The notes: generated from the letters alone by a model not told the origin. A DNA stretch of 64,000 nucleotides from an uncultured Christensenella sp. (GCA_910584635.1 CAJUBA010000001.1:264454-328453); one strand, 5' to 3'. Positions 1 to 10,599 are shown, numbered from the stretch's first letter. Numbers and translations: made by a program.

Positions 1-3000
1 GTTCTTAAATTTAGACTCCTGTTCAATAATTGCGGGATAAATATTATCTACGTCAAAATCTCTTATAAAATTATAATCGGATGAGACGATGATGTTGATC
101 TCAATATTTTTTCCGCTTAAATTACGCGTAACCAACGAATGCGAAGGATAATGGAAATTACACTTTCCCTCTCCCAAATTAACGCCTTTATCATCTTTTA
201 CGATACAAGATTTATCAGGTATTAAAACGCAATCCACGTTCGTTTTTATATAGACGCTTTTTCCGTTTAACGCGTTTGTGATTCTTATTGAATTATCGCT
301 CAACTGCTCGTCAAAAAGCATTTGAGTATATGGCAAGTCGCCAAGCATAGCATTTATAGTAAACAGTATTTTTGTATTTATACTGTCTTTTTCTTTTGAC
401 AATACTACGCTTATCGCTTTGCCTTCGCCTTCCTTTACAAGACTTTCTTTTACCTTAAATTGCACACCGTCTATCATTCCGCAAAATTCGCTATAGCCCT
501 GTGAGTGGCGAACATAACCGCCCTCGACCAACCTGTTAATTCTAACCATTGAACCAAAATCGACATATACTCCCTCGCAAGGCGTATCGAATACGGGATT
601 ATTTTCCCATCTGCTTGCTCTAAACAGATTGCTGTTTCCAAAATAATCAAATCCACCGCCGTTTTGCGTTACGATAAAACCTCCTTTCTCTCCGCATATT
701 ACGTTTGAATACGGCAAATCAGGCGTTTGAGTTACGATGTAGTCGCCGTTTTTATCAAAACCGCCCTTTCCTCTTTGGACTTCAATACCTGCGTCAATTT
801 GAGAATAAATGACCGGTCTTTGCGTTGTTCTTTCAGTATATTCAAGTTCTGGAAATTCGAACAACTGCTTTTCTCCTATATTCGACTCTCCTTTTTTAGG
901 CGGAGTATCAAACACCGCAAAGGCGTTTTCCTTAATCATATTAAGCGCCCCGCCGTCAAGTCCGTTAAGACGAAGGAATTTAATACAGTCAAGTTGCAAT
1001 ATATCCCCTATATTCGTCAAATCTACAAACGATCTCAGCGTGCTATCATTATTCTGGCTTTCCGCCCCATATGCAATTACTAAATTAAATCTTACCGAAG
1101 CCATGTTAAGATAAATTGTTGAATATATTAGGTTTTTAAGCATTTCATCATGAGAAAAATGCTCAAAGTAAATATATTTTATCGTTTTACTCAATCCCAT
1201 CGGCAAACTTTCATGTAGATTATCGGCAATAGCGACAAGTTTATCTCTATCGTAAGGTTTATACAGCACGTTTGTAGCGATACGGCTTATAAGTTCGCTA
1301 ATCTTTTCGTTTATCTGGTATTTGTAGGTTTTAGAAAGCGTGGTTAGTCTTGCGCTTTCATAAGAATATTTTGCAAAGTCAATCATGCGACACTGCTCTA
1401 TATTACTTTTCAACGCCGTCAAGTCGCTATCGTAAAATTTTATGCAACATACTTCTCTCTCTCCGTGCGGAGGTACGGTTATTTCTCCCACGAATCCTAA
1501 ACACGGATTAAGCACGTCGCCCGTCGATACTCCGTATTTTCGGTCGGATTCAAATATTACTGGATTGGAAAAACTTCTTTCCCTTCCGACAAAATTGAAC
1601 AGATTGCTTTCATATTCAAACTTATCTACGCCTATTACGCTCAAAGACAAATAACTGTCTCCATAAAAACTTCTAGCCGTACGCTTGGCAATTAGCGCGT
1701 TTGCGCTCTTATCGTGTTCGGTCGATATAAACATATCGTTAAACGCAGGATGAGAGAACGTTGCGCCAAAATCAGTCAAAGCAATTTCTTCGCAATATCC
1801 ACATTTCAATGTCTTTTCAGTATCGCTTTTATTGCTAACAGTAATCTTTCTGATTTCGCAATTGCTATTTTGAGGGATATATACGCTCATCTTACACGAT
1901 TTATCCATATTCTCGAATACGCTTTCATACGGACGGAATTCGTATACGCACTTATCTCTTCCAAAAGGCGCAAACGTAGGAGAATATAACTCGTTATTGT
2001 CGCAGACGTAGAAAAATCCGCCTTTGTTCTCGTTTATTTCTATAGGAGGTTTATTAAGATACTTTCCTTTTGCAAAGGAATATCCGTTGCCGTAAGAATC
2101 TATAATACAGGAATAGTGTCCGTTGGACAGCGTATTAACTTTCGGAAATCCTACGCAATCTCCGCTCATGCGATAATTGTTTACCGCGCCGTCTTTATAA
2201 ACAAAGTCAAATTTTTTTGTCGATTTGCTTACTGACGTAGGAATTTGTTCCTCAAGCATAAGTCTTCCGCCGTTCATAGCGCTATCGCTCATAAATAGCG
2301 ATACTATATAATCGTCGAAAAGCGCGTTAACTATACTGCAAAGCGTCATTCCTTGGTGGTGCGACATTAGCGTTGCGACAATATTTTTACCGTTTGTATA
2401 ATCTACGGCGTCAAACATTCCCTGATGAGTAAGCAATCCTTCTTCCGCAAGATTTTTTAGATTCTGCACGGCTTTTTCCGGCGCGTATTTCAATGCCAAC
2501 GCAGAAGAATACGGACTTATAACGCATTTATCCTTTACGGCGCTCAAACTTATACTGCTTACTCCGAAAGCCGAATATTTATAATTATTCTCCTCGTTAA
2601 ACTCATAGTAGCAACTTTCGCTTATTCCCCATACTCCGCTACATTTTGCTTTTTCCATGATTTTAATCACGTTCTTAATACTTGACGTAATCAAACTGTC
2701 TTTGCAATCGTCGATAAAAATTTGCGGCATAAGATATTCAAACGCAGTTCCCGACCATGAAACAAGAGTATTGCCATTTATTTTCGCAATATTTCTGGCA
2801 AGTCCGTCCCAATATCTGGTATCGCCTTTAAGCGCCGACGCAATATAGCACAAAGTTCTAGATTCCGAAGCCAACATATCGTAATGCCCTTCAAATTTAC
2901 CCTCGGCTTTATTATAACCAATATGGAATTTTCCGCGACCGCCGTCAAATAAAGCGTCAAAATCTACGTCTTCAATTAGTTTGTCTACGCGCGAATACAG

Positions 3001-6000
3001 TTTTACATCGCTATCCTTTACAAATTGCTTTACGACTATCAAGCACGCGATAAAATTACCGCTGTCGACGCTTGATACGAAATACGGCGCAAGCGGTTTT
3101 TGCGTAGTCAGCGAGTACCAGTTGAACAAATGCCCTTTATATTTTTCCAAACTCTCCGTAAGGCATATCTGCTCTTCAAGTTTAGCCATACATTCTTCAA
3201 AAGAGATTCTGCCGATTTTATAAGAACAAATATATGAAAGCATAGCGAATCCCATATTAGTAGGCGACGTAAATCCGTTTGCCTCTTTCTTTGGAAACAC
3301 TTGATAATTATCGCATATCAACGGCTTATCTTTTAGATTGCTTTCGAAGTATTTGCAGGTTCTGTTTGCCAAATCAATAAGAAAATCTTTGTTTTCTTGA
3401 GAAATTTCTTTTTTGTTATCGCGTTGTTTGGAACACAGATACAACAGATTTGCAACCGCTATATATAAAGCAAAATATGCAAGCAAATATATTTGCGTAT
3501 AGAAAATCCCCCCCAATACGATGCACGCTACGATACTGGGCAAAAGCAATTGAATATGTTTTGAATAATTATTCTGTCTTTGAGATGAATAAAAAGTCTT
3601 CCATTCGAGCAATTTCTTTCTGTCAAACAAACACTTAAACAACATCTTTATCCACAGCATAACTCCGCTTACTGCAAAAAACGGAATCATAATCAACTCG
3701 TAAGCCATCGCGATGATTTCCGAGAAAAATTGCTTAAATACGTATCTGGGTCTTTTATCATATCCCAAAGCGTTAAGACAAAGTCCGAATCTTATAAGCC
3801 ATATCGCTGCCGCGCTTATTGCAAAAGGAATTAGTAGCAGCAAATCTGCGCTTACGAAAAGCATAATCAAAAGAGCGAATTGCAAAGATGGAATAATGGT
3901 TTTAAGCGCGTTAAAAGCCATTACGTATCTGTAAAAAGGTTGCGACACCTTCTTAGAAAAGATATATGGCGTCAAAAGGATATCCCCTCGTTCCCATCTG
4001 TTTTGACGAATTATATGGCTTACAAAACTCTTCGGAGCGTCTTCGTAAGTAGGCAATGCAAGACTGCCCGTAGACACAATCGCGCCTTCAATTATATCAT
4101 GACTCAAAATTCTATTGTCGGGCAACATTCCTTCTATTTGCTCCGTATACTCTTTAAGTCTGTAAATACCTTTTCCGCAGTATATGGCGTTGCCCGAGAT
4201 TTTATAATAAAAATCTCCGTAATTGCAGTATCCGTCTACGCCGCTGTCCGACTTGTAAGTCTTTGACCACAACGTATCCAAAGAAGATAATCTGTATTTT
4301 GATCTAAACGTCATCAACGTGTATTTTGCATTCAGCGGATGCAGCATTGTATTAACCGCGCGCTTGATTCCGCCCGGCAACAACGTATTGTCGTCGTCAA
4401 GCAGTAAAACAAAGTTAGGCTTTCTCTGCTTTCTCAATACAAAGGAAAATGCGTCGTAATTACCGTCAAGCAAAGCGCGATTCAGCGTATCCGTCGCGCC
4501 TCTTTTTCTCTCGTAAGCCTGCCATTTCCCGTCTATGAATTTGCGTTTTCTTACAAATACATTGATGTTCGGATATTTTGATAGATATTCAAACGCGTTG
4601 ATAATAGTCTGATCGTTTCCATCCACTTCGTTTTCCGACGCTTTCAAATCAACCAAAAGCGAATATTCCAACATCTTATCTTTATTGGCTTGGGCTAGTG
4701 AAAGCAAACTCTCGCTCGCCTCTTTAGCCTGTTTTTCGCTTGTTATAAACTCATTCTTGACCACAAGCGTCTTGCCTTCTTCGGGCAAATCAATATAATT
4801 CATAGACGCGACGTTTCGCGCAGGTAATATTTTATCGACAATTAAACTTACCGCAAATCTTGCAACAGGAATAGACGCGAAAGGCATTATAAGACCTACC
4901 GCTAGCATCATTTGCCACGATTTGAGAAATGCTATGCTCAATCCTGTCAGCAACGCCGAAAGCAAAGTAATAGTTATCGCGTAAAGTCTTTGATCTACTT
5001 TGCTCGTTGGCTTTTTCAATACGGACGGCGTAATAGAATGAATATAGCCTTTTATAGCGTATCTATAATCGTATATGATTTCACCGAAATGCACGTTGTA
5101 CATCTTTGCAAGTTCCATTGCCGATTTTGCGACCGACCTTTCGCTTGCGCCGTAAAGCGACGACAGTTTGCTTATCGCGCTTAAATATGCGAATTTCGAA
5201 CACATATCCATATTTTTGTACGTTTCGTCATGCGAAATAATACTGTACGTCGAACATAACTGTATTTTGAATTCGTCGTTAAAAATATCGTTTAATCTTT
5301 TCAAAGACGATATGCTATTTGAAATCAACACGCTCATATCCACGAGATTATTTGCAAACGACATATCTATATTGTCGGGATTTATATCGTTGATTTTATA
5401 AAAATATTTTTCGTCTAAGTATTTTCCCGAGTGCTTGAAAAAATACAAGTAAGCGTCGTACTTGCAAAGTCTTCTTACCGGCTCCGCGTCCCCGTCCGCC
5501 TGTCTTCTCAACTTCTCAGTGGAAATAATGTCTTTTGAAATTTTTGCAATACGCTCGACAAGCGCGTAAACCAACGCTTTATCCAAATTAAGCGTTTCGT
5601 CGTAATGCAACGGCGTATAATCGTTGAAAATATCAACGGTCTGCTTAATAGTGTCGGCATTAAGGTTACAATTTGACGAAGCGACCATAAAACGCGCCAA
5701 CTGAATTATTCTGACGTTATTTTTTTTGTGCGTTAGTTTGCTAAACGACTTATAATCGCTCTGTTTTACGTTTATAGTAGCGGAATAATAGTTCTCGTAA
5801 AGCCATTTTTCGCATTCGTACAATGACTGTCCGTTATCGACTTTATTCAATAGCGTTTTGTACGCTCTTTTGATAACTCTCAAATGCGCGTTTATATTGG
5901 GAATAGCGCCTACCAATTCTCCGCTTCTCAGAGAAATTGCAAGACGTTTTACGTTGTCTTCAAGATCTTTATCGCTCATGGTAGAAGTGAATTCTTCGCC

Positions 6001-6075
6001 TCTGTCCGAGCGTTTTGCAATCAACGTTAATATAATCAATAACACAAATAATACTGTAATAACCGCGTACAACAT
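1..6075 (-). CDS. Cyclic beta-1,2-glucan synthase-like giant membrane glycosyltransferase (Cgs/NdvB/ChvB-type: N-terminal TM + DxD transferase region, glucoamylase-like middle region, phosphorylase-like C-terminal region). The 3' end lies beyond the window start.
   Basis: Missing from the ORF track because there is no in-window stop. My minus-strand translation from ATG 6075-6073 reads MLYAVITVLFVLLIILTLIAKRSDRGEEF... The frame (plus-strand triplets at positions = 1 mod 3) stayed open in every stretch I read down to nt 1, about 2025 codons. The track lists no stop-bounded long minus ORF here, so the frame cannot be interrupted. Family-type motifs read directly: FVLLLDDDNTLLPG (DDD codons 4390-4398), FNWYSLTTQKPLAPYFVSSVDSGNF, FEYLMPQ, WGISESCYY, MSHHQGM. 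Confidence 0.8.
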   Translation of the reverse strand, partial: MLYAVITVLFVLLIILTLIAKRSDRGEEFTSTMSDKDLEDNVKRLAISLRSGELVGAIPNINAHLRVIKRAYKTLLNKVDNGQSLYECEKWLYENYYSATINVKQSDYKSFSKLTHKKNNVRIIQLARFMVASSNCNLNADTIKQTVDIFNDYTPLHYDETLNLDKALVYALVERIAKISKDIISTEKLRRQADGDAEPVRRLCKYDAYLYFFKHSGKYLDEKYFYKINDINPDNIDMSFANNLVDMSVLISNSISSLKRLNDIFNDEFKIQLCSTYSIISHDETYKNMDMCSKFAYLSAISKLSSLYGASERSVAKSAMELAKMYNVHFGEIIYDYRYAIKGYIHSITPSVLKKPTSKVDQRLYAITITLLSALLTGLSIAFLKSWQMMLAVGLIMPFASIPVARFAVSLIVDKILPARNVASMNYIDLPEEGKTLVVKNEFITSEKQAKEASESLLSLAQANKDKMLEYSLLVDLKASENEVDGNDQTIINAFEYLSKYPNINVFVRKRKFIDGKWQAYERKRGATDTLNRALLDGNYDAFSFVLRKQRKPNFVLLLDDDNTLLPGGIKRAVNTMLHPLNAKYTLMTFRSKYRLSSLDTLWSKTYKSDSGVDGYCNYGDFYYKISGNAIYCGKGIYRLKEYTEQIEGMLPDNRILSHDIIEGAIVSTGSLALPTYEDAPKSFVSHIIRQNRWERGDILLTPYIFSKKVSQPFYRYVMAFNALKTIIPSLQFALLIMLFVSADLLLLIPFAISAAAIWLIRFGLCLNALGYDKRPRYVFKQFFSEIIAMAYELIMIPFFAVSGVMLWIKMLFKCLFDRKKLLEWKTFYSSQRQNNYSKHIQLLLPSIVACIVLGGIFYTQIYLLAYFALYIAVANLLYLCSKQRDNKKEISQENKDFLIDLANRTCKYFESNLKDKPLICDNYQVFPKKEANGFTSPTNMGFAMLSYICSYKIGRISFEECMAKLEEQICLTESLEKYKGHLFNWYSLTTQKPLAPYFVSSVDSGNFIACLIVVKQFVKDSDVKLYSRVDKLIEDVDFDALFDGGRGKFHIGYNKAEGKFEGHYDMLASESRTLCYIASALKGDTRYWDGLARNIAKINGNTLVSWSGTAFEYLMPQIFIDDCKDSLITSSIKNVIKIMEKAKCSGVWGISESCYYEFNEENNYKYSAFGVSSISLSAVKDKCVISPYSSALALKYAPEKAVQNLKNLAEEGLLTHQGMFDAVDYTNGKNIVATLMSHHQGMTLCSIVNALFDDYIVSLFMSDSAMNGGRLMLEEQIPTSVSKSTKKFDFVYKDGAVNNYRMSGDCVGFPKVNTLSNGHYSCIIDSYGNGYSFAKGKYLNKPPIEINENKGGFFYVCDNNELYSPTFAPFGRDKCVYEFRPYESVFENMDKSCKMSVYIPQNSNCEIRKITVSNKSDTEKTLKCGYCEEIALTDFGATFSHPAFNDMFISTEHDKSANALIAKRTARSFYGDSYLSLSVIGVDKFEYESNLFNFVGRERSFSNPVIFESDRKYGVSTGDVLNPCLGFVGEITVPPHGEREVCCIKFYDSDLTALKSNIEQCRMIDFAKYSYESARLTTLSKTYKYQINEKISELISRIATNVLYKPYDRDKLVAIADNLHESLPMGLSKTIKYIYFEHFSHDEMLKNLIYSTIYLNMASVRFNLVIAYGAESQNNDSTLRSFVDLTNIGDILQLDCIKFLRLNGLDGGALNMIKENAFAVFDTPPKKGESNIGEKQLFEFPELEYTERTTQRPVIYSQIDAGIEVQRGKGGFDKNGDYIVTQTPDLPYSNVICGEKGGFIVTQNGGGFDYFGNSNLFRASRWENNPVFDTPCEGVYVDFGSMVRINRLVEGGYVRHSQGYSEFCGMIDGVQFKVKESLVKEGEGKAISVVLSKEKDSINTKILFTINAMLGDLPYTQMLFDEQLSDNSIRITNALNGKSVYIKTNVDCVLIPDKSCIVKDDKGVNLGEGKCNFHYPSHSLVTRNLSGKNIEINIIVSSDYNFIRDFDVDNIYPAIIEQESKFKN

Positions 6076-6096
6076 ACATTGATTATTGACGCTAAT

Positions 6097-6126
6097 ATAA
6101 AAAAAATACGCCCCAAAAGACGTATT
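6097..6126 (-). terminator. Weak hairpin plus T-run downstream of RNase P RNA
   Basis: Minus strand reads AATACG-tcttttgggg-CGTATT followed by TTTTTT. The stem is only 6 bp. Confidence 0.35.
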
Positions 6127-6127
6127 T

Positions 6128-6457
6128 GTACAAGACAGTCTATAAGCCGAGTTCTGTATTTGACTATCATCTGTCTAGGCGCAGCGTTACCGATGCGCTC
6201 AAGCGATTTTCTCGACAAGCAGGCTACTTACAGTCGATTTTCTCTTGCATCAAGCGGGGTTTACATGGCTCTTCGAGTTACCTCGAAGACGGTGGTCTCT
6301 TACACCGCCTTTCCATCCTTACCGACTTACGTCGGCGGTCTATTTCTGTTGCACTTTCCTTCAAGTCGCCTTGACCGGTAGTTAGCCGGCGCTCTGCCTT
6401 ATGATGCTCGGACTTTCCTCATACCTTACGGTCTGCGATAGTCTGGCTGTCTTGCTC
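6128..6457 (-). ncRNA. rnpB: RNase P RNA (M1 RNA), type A-like
   Basis: The minus strand contains the universal P4 motifs GAGGAAAGTCCG (near 6406-6417) and ACAGAACTCGGCTTATAG (near 6140-6160). The 5' CAAGACAG and 3' CTGTCTTG ends pair as P1. There is no ORF, and the element is preceded by a consensus promoter. Confidence 0.9.
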
Positions 6458-6461
6458 AAAA

Positions 6462-6490
6462 ATTATACCAAAATTCTAATCGATTGTCAA
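6462..6490 (-). promoter_or_regulatory. SigA-type promoter of rnpB (TTGACA-17-TATAAT)
   Basis: Minus strand has TTGACA (plus 6485-6490), a 17-nt spacer and TATAAT (plus 6462-6467). This puts the start about 6455-6457, at the P1 5' end. The -35 overlaps the stop codon of the upstream CDS. Confidence 0.6.
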
Positions 6491-8598
6491 ACGGCAAAAT
6501 TTTCGATTTTGATTTTAGTTACGTATCCCGAAAAATCTAAAGCGTAGATATAGCCGTCGTGTACAGCCAATCTGCTGAGTATCGGAGAACCTACGTTGAA
6601 TTTCGCAATAGTTTTTAGATTTTTATCGGTCATGTAAATATATCCGTCGGACGCTCCGAAAATCAAATTATCTACGTAAGGTAGTACTTCGCTCTCTACC
6701 GTCGCCACTTCTCCCGAAGTATACGGGGACGTAAAGACCAACGCGGTTCCCGTTTTGCATTGATTTATTTTCTCAAAAGTATTCAAATCGAACGCAACTA
6801 CGCCGTCTTTTGCCGTAGCAAAATATCCTATGCCGTCTACAATATACGGCGCCGTAGCGGTATCGAGATTTATTCCGGTATCGCGAGATCTTAATATCTT
6901 ACCGTCTTCTTTATCTATTTCAAAGATTTTGCTAGTAGCCGCGGTGTACAGTTTCCCCTCGTAAATAACCGGCGTAGCGGTACGGTAGCGAATTCCGCCT
7001 TTCTTATTTGCCCAAATACGTTTACCGTTGTATTTGTTATAAGCGATAATTTCATCCCAGTTGGCGCCGACAATAAGTTTATCCCCGTCTATAATCATTC
7101 TACAAGGCGAAGAGCAAGCGTTATCGTTTGACTTTTCCCAAATCAAATCGCCGTTGTCAAGCGAAAGGCAAACTGTTTTTTGAGCGCCTCCGCAATACAC
7201 TCTGCCATCGTCGACGACAACGTTTTGTCCGGTATTTGCGGCAGCCATAATTTTTGTTTCCTTAATCCAAATAACCTCGCCTGTTTTGGAATCCAAGCAG
7301 TAAACTCTGCCTTCAATATCTTGCGCAATAAGTTTATTTTGTGAAATGACAAATGAATTCCTTACAGAATTTTTCGTTTTATAAATCCAATTTACCTTTC
7401 CGTTTTCACAGTTTAGAGACGTGATAGCGCAGTTTTTAGGATAACCGTCGTCTACAGTGGCAACGTACAAATTACCCTCTGAAATTATCGGTTCGGCAAA
7501 CTCGCCGTGTCCGTCTACCTTTACTCCCCACTGCGAACCTTCCTGAGGCTCGCCTTCTACAAAGTTTCTGTAAATCAAATGCGTATCTTTCAACGCTCCG
7601 CCGTCTAATTCAAACAAACGCGTACAAGCGGGCGTAGAGTCAATTCCGCCGCCATCGGTCTTACTTGTCGTTACGTTTAGTATTCCATCTATATCGTTAA
7701 GATAATTATAATGCCAGTGTCCGAATACCCACGCAATCAATCCTTTGCTTTTCAGGTCAAGTTCATTTAATCCGTATTTTACCGTAAATCCGTTTTCATC
7801 CGGGCAGTAATCGTGATTAAAAATTATTACTTTCTTTCCTTCCTCTACTTGTTTTAGGTCATTGGCTAGCCAACGCCAAACGTCGCTGTGTTTATATCTT
7901 GCCGAATAATCTCCGTGCGCAATAGCGCTTACTACGTAATGAATGTCGCCGACGTCAAATGAGTAATTAACCGGACCGTACGTACTCTCAAATAAATCTT
8001 CGCTATACTTACCCCATTTAACGTAGTCGTGATTTCCTATGACATACCTTACGGGCGTTTCCATATTTTCGCTATTCATATCGTTTATATGCTGTTTAAG
8101 TCCGTCAACGTAACAAATATCGCCGGTATGTATGATAAATGAAACGTCTTCGCGCTTAGCGTCTTCTTTGACTTCGTTTACCAAATCTCCCGCTCCGTCG
8201 CCGTTTATCTCCGTATCGGTAACTTGCAAAAATTTATGCGAGGTTTCGTCTTTTTCTTTTTTATCCAAATAAAAATCATAACCGTCCGTATTCTTACCGA
8301 TTTCTAAATAATACTTTTCCGTCCAATATCCTGAAGGAATCGTAACCGTAATAAATCTCTGTTTAATCCACCCGTCCAATTTGAACATACCGTTTTCATC
8401 GGTTTTTACTACGTCCCTGCCGTTTGTAACCGACACGTTTGCCATTGGTCTGTCAGTGCCGCTTTCCAAAACGTAACCGCTGTATCTATCGTTATTTACG
8501 CCGTAATAAATCCCTGTAATCAATCCGCCGACAGCAGCCATTGCTATTACTGCTATCAGCGCAATTACCGTTATTTTATTTCTTTTTCTTCTTTCCAT
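6487..8598 (-). CDS. Membrane-anchored calcineurin-like metallophosphoesterase fused to a PQQ/BamB-like beta-propeller repeat domain
   Basis: N-terminal TM segment (ITVIALIAVIAMAAVGGLITGIYYGV). Phosphoesterase motifs GDGAGD, HTGDICY, GNHDY, NHDY and GHWHYNY. The C-terminal half carries repeated G.VYC.D..TGE.IW-type propeller blades. Confidence 0.75.
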   Translation of the reverse strand: MERRKRNKITVIALIAVIAMAAVGGLITGIYYGVNNDRYSGYVLESGTDRPMANVSVTNGRDVVKTDENGMFKLDGWIKQRFITVTIPSGYWTEKYYLEIGKNTDGYDFYLDKKEKDETSHKFLQVTDTEINGDGAGDLVNEVKEDAKREDVSFIIHTGDICYVDGLKQHINDMNSENMETPVRYVIGNHDYVKWGKYSEDLFESTYGPVNYSFDVGDIHYVVSAIAHGDYSARYKHSDVWRWLANDLKQVEEGKKVIIFNHDYCPDENGFTVKYGLNELDLKSKGLIAWVFGHWHYNYLNDIDGILNVTTSKTDGGGIDSTPACTRLFELDGGALKDTHLIYRNFVEGEPQEGSQWGVKVDGHGEFAEPIISEGNLYVATVDDGYPKNCAITSLNCENGKVNWIYKTKNSVRNSFVISQNKLIAQDIEGRVYCLDSKTGEVIWIKETKIMAAANTGQNVVVDDGRVYCGGAQKTVCLSLDNGDLIWEKSNDNACSSPCRMIIDGDKLIVGANWDEIIAYNKYNGKRIWANKKGGIRYRTATPVIYEGKLYTAATSKIFEIDKEDGKILRSRDTGINLDTATAPYIVDGIGYFATAKDGVVAFDLNTFEKINQCKTGTALVFTSPYTSGEVATVESEVLPYVDNLIFGASDGYIYMTDKNLKTIAKFNVGSPILSRLAVHDGYIYALDFSGYVTKIKIENFAV

Positions 8599-8613
8599 TA
8601 CGTCTTTTTCTTT

Positions 8614-10599
8614 TTACTCGCTCTTTTCAAGATAATAAATCCTTATTTCATAAGGCTGTAAATCGACGCTAAACTTCCCGTCTGTATTAAACTTTTCCTG
8701 ATTGTCGGGATAATAACTCTCGACTGAAATTTTATCGGAAGCAAAGTTTAGAAGTTTTTCATCAAATACGTATCTTTGCTGTTTCTCGGAACTGTTTCTG
8801 ACAGCCAGTATCGCTTTATCTCCGTCCTTAGCGTAATATCCGTAAACGTTTCCTTCTTCCGGCTTGCCTCCGAAAAATCTGCTCCTCTTCAAAATATTGA
8901 AATTTTTCTCCGCCCATTGCAATACTTCCGTCGCAACTTTGTATCTTTGCGAATCAAACATTTTTGGCGTAAAATACAATTCCGCAAAACCCGTTCCTCT
9001 CATCATGCACATAAGCATATATTCTTTGAATTGTTTCAAATCGTATACGACTGTCGGATGCGCCGACGAAGGATTTTGAAGATTGCTTGTCATAGGCGGA
9101 TTACAGTTTCTCTCCGCATAGCAAGGCTCGTGATTATAAAGGTTGGATACCGGGAATTGCAGTTGTCGCGTTTCGAAAAAATCCATGTATCTCCCGTCTC
9201 TGTAATTAAGACACTGCGACAAATTATCTCCTTTGCCCGCATAGCCCATATCGGAACAGTTGTTTAGCCAAATTGCATCGCACCATTTCAAAAACCACGG
9301 ACTGCAATGAGCGTAGGACGTAACGTTGAGAAATACGTCGGAACGCACTTTTCGAATTCTCTCAAATCCTTTTGTCCACTCTTCCCAAAGGAACGTATAG
9401 AAATACAAACCGTCGCCCATCCCTTTCGGATGACCGTGTTTATTTGATTTGCAAGGAGTTATGGCGAATCCGTCGATTTTGAAATAACTCACGTTGTATT
9501 TCACGCAAAAATCAGCCATTTTGTCGCACAAATCTTTTATATAACGCGGATTGCAAGCGCAAATATCTTTGGATTGACGGCATTTCGGATAGCCTATGCT
9601 CTCCAACAGTTTAGCATACTTATAGGTCTGTTTGGTATATCCTCCGCGAGGACCGAACCATACTCCGAACGTAGAATTCAATTCTTTCGTCAGTTTTGTT
9701 TCTTTATCGAATCCGTCTGTAAACTTTGTTTCGTCAAATGTCCAAAATTTAGGTTTTTTATAATCCGTCCAACCGTCGTCCACTACGTAGCAGTCAAGCG
9801 GACGCAATCCCGCTTTTGAGAATCCGTCGGCTATAGCCGTAAAAGAATCTGCGATTTTTTCGCTGTTTATATCCAACATATTGTCGTACCAACTGTTGAA
9901 CTGAATACGAAATTTTGCAGGCTGGGCGGAAATAGTAAAAATGTATTCAAAAAATTCTCTTCGCAATACGTAAAAATCCGATTCCGACGCGCTTCCTATT
10001 ACAAAAGGCGCGCTTTCATACTCGCCGTTTACAGATATATCTTTGAATTTGCGACCTATATAATATTTGCTGTACGCTTTTCCATTTTCTATTCTGTTAT
10101 CTGCGACAGGAAATTCTCCTCCGAAAAACATATCGGATACGTAGTACGGCTGTCCCATAGTAGTTATATACGCGGGAATAAAAACTCTCTTCTCAACTTT
10201 AGGGATACTCCACGTAAAATCAGCGCCTGATACGTCAAAACCGTCTAATTGAATATAATCTATTACCACTTCGGGATTAGATATTTTGAGTATGATTTGT
10301 TTTCTCAACACTCCCGATTTTTCATCGTCGCTATACGCTACGAAAATATTCCAATCAATACCCCCGCTCGTAATTACATATTCAAGTCCTCTTTCGTTTG
10401 CGTCTATTAAAGTTGCGTCGTTGCTGTCAAAAAACGCTTTTTTTCTGAACAACGTTTCCTTGATAAAATACGATACTCCAAACTCTATACCGACAAAATC
10501 CAAACGCTTTTGCGTGATTCTATTTACTAAATACGACGATAAGATTTTACCGCCCGCTCTATCAACGCCTTTTATTACTTTAGAAGACACGAATTCCAT
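8614..10599 (-). CDS. Alpha-galactosidase-like glycoside hydrolase (clan GH-D, GH36/GH27-like)
   Basis: Motifs VVDDGW and YFKIDGF (Y-x-K-x-D nucleophile-type). I prefer ATG 10599 (MEFVSSKV, SD-like AAGGCGG 7 nt upstream) over the track's longest start at 10650, which lies in an AT-rich promoter-like tract. Confidence 0.65.
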   Translation of the reverse strand: MEFVSSKVIKGVDRAGGKILSSYLVNRITQKRLDFVGIEFGVSYFIKETLFRKKAFFDSNDATLIDANERGLEYVITSGGIDWNIFVAYSDDEKSGVLRKQIILKISNPEVVIDYIQLDGFDVSGADFTWSIPKVEKRVFIPAYITTMGQPYYVSDMFFGGEFPVADNRIENGKAYSKYYIGRKFKDISVNGEYESAPFVIGSASESDFYVLRREFFEYIFTISAQPAKFRIQFNSWYDNMLDINSEKIADSFTAIADGFSKAGLRPLDCYVVDDGWTDYKKPKFWTFDETKFTDGFDKETKLTKELNSTFGVWFGPRGGYTKQTYKYAKLLESIGYPKCRQSKDICACNPRYIKDLCDKMADFCVKYNVSYFKIDGFAITPCKSNKHGHPKGMGDGLYFYTFLWEEWTKGFERIRKVRSDVFLNVTSYAHCSPWFLKWCDAIWLNNCSDMGYAGKGDNLSQCLNYRDGRYMDFFETRQLQFPVSNLYNHEPCYAERNCNPPMTSNLQNPSSAHPTVVYDLKQFKEYMLMCMMRGTGFAELYFTPKMFDSQRYKVATEVLQWAEKNFNILKRSRFFGGKPEEGNVYGYYAKDGDKAILAVRNSSEKQQRYVFDEKLLNFASDKISVESYYPDNQEKFNTDGKFSVDLQPYEIRIYYLEKSE

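Noticed and set aside
727-5401. Many 60-130 aa ORFs listed in the first 6 kb
   Set aside because: All lie inside, and out of frame with or antisense to, the long open minus-strand frame encoding the glucan-synthase-like protein.
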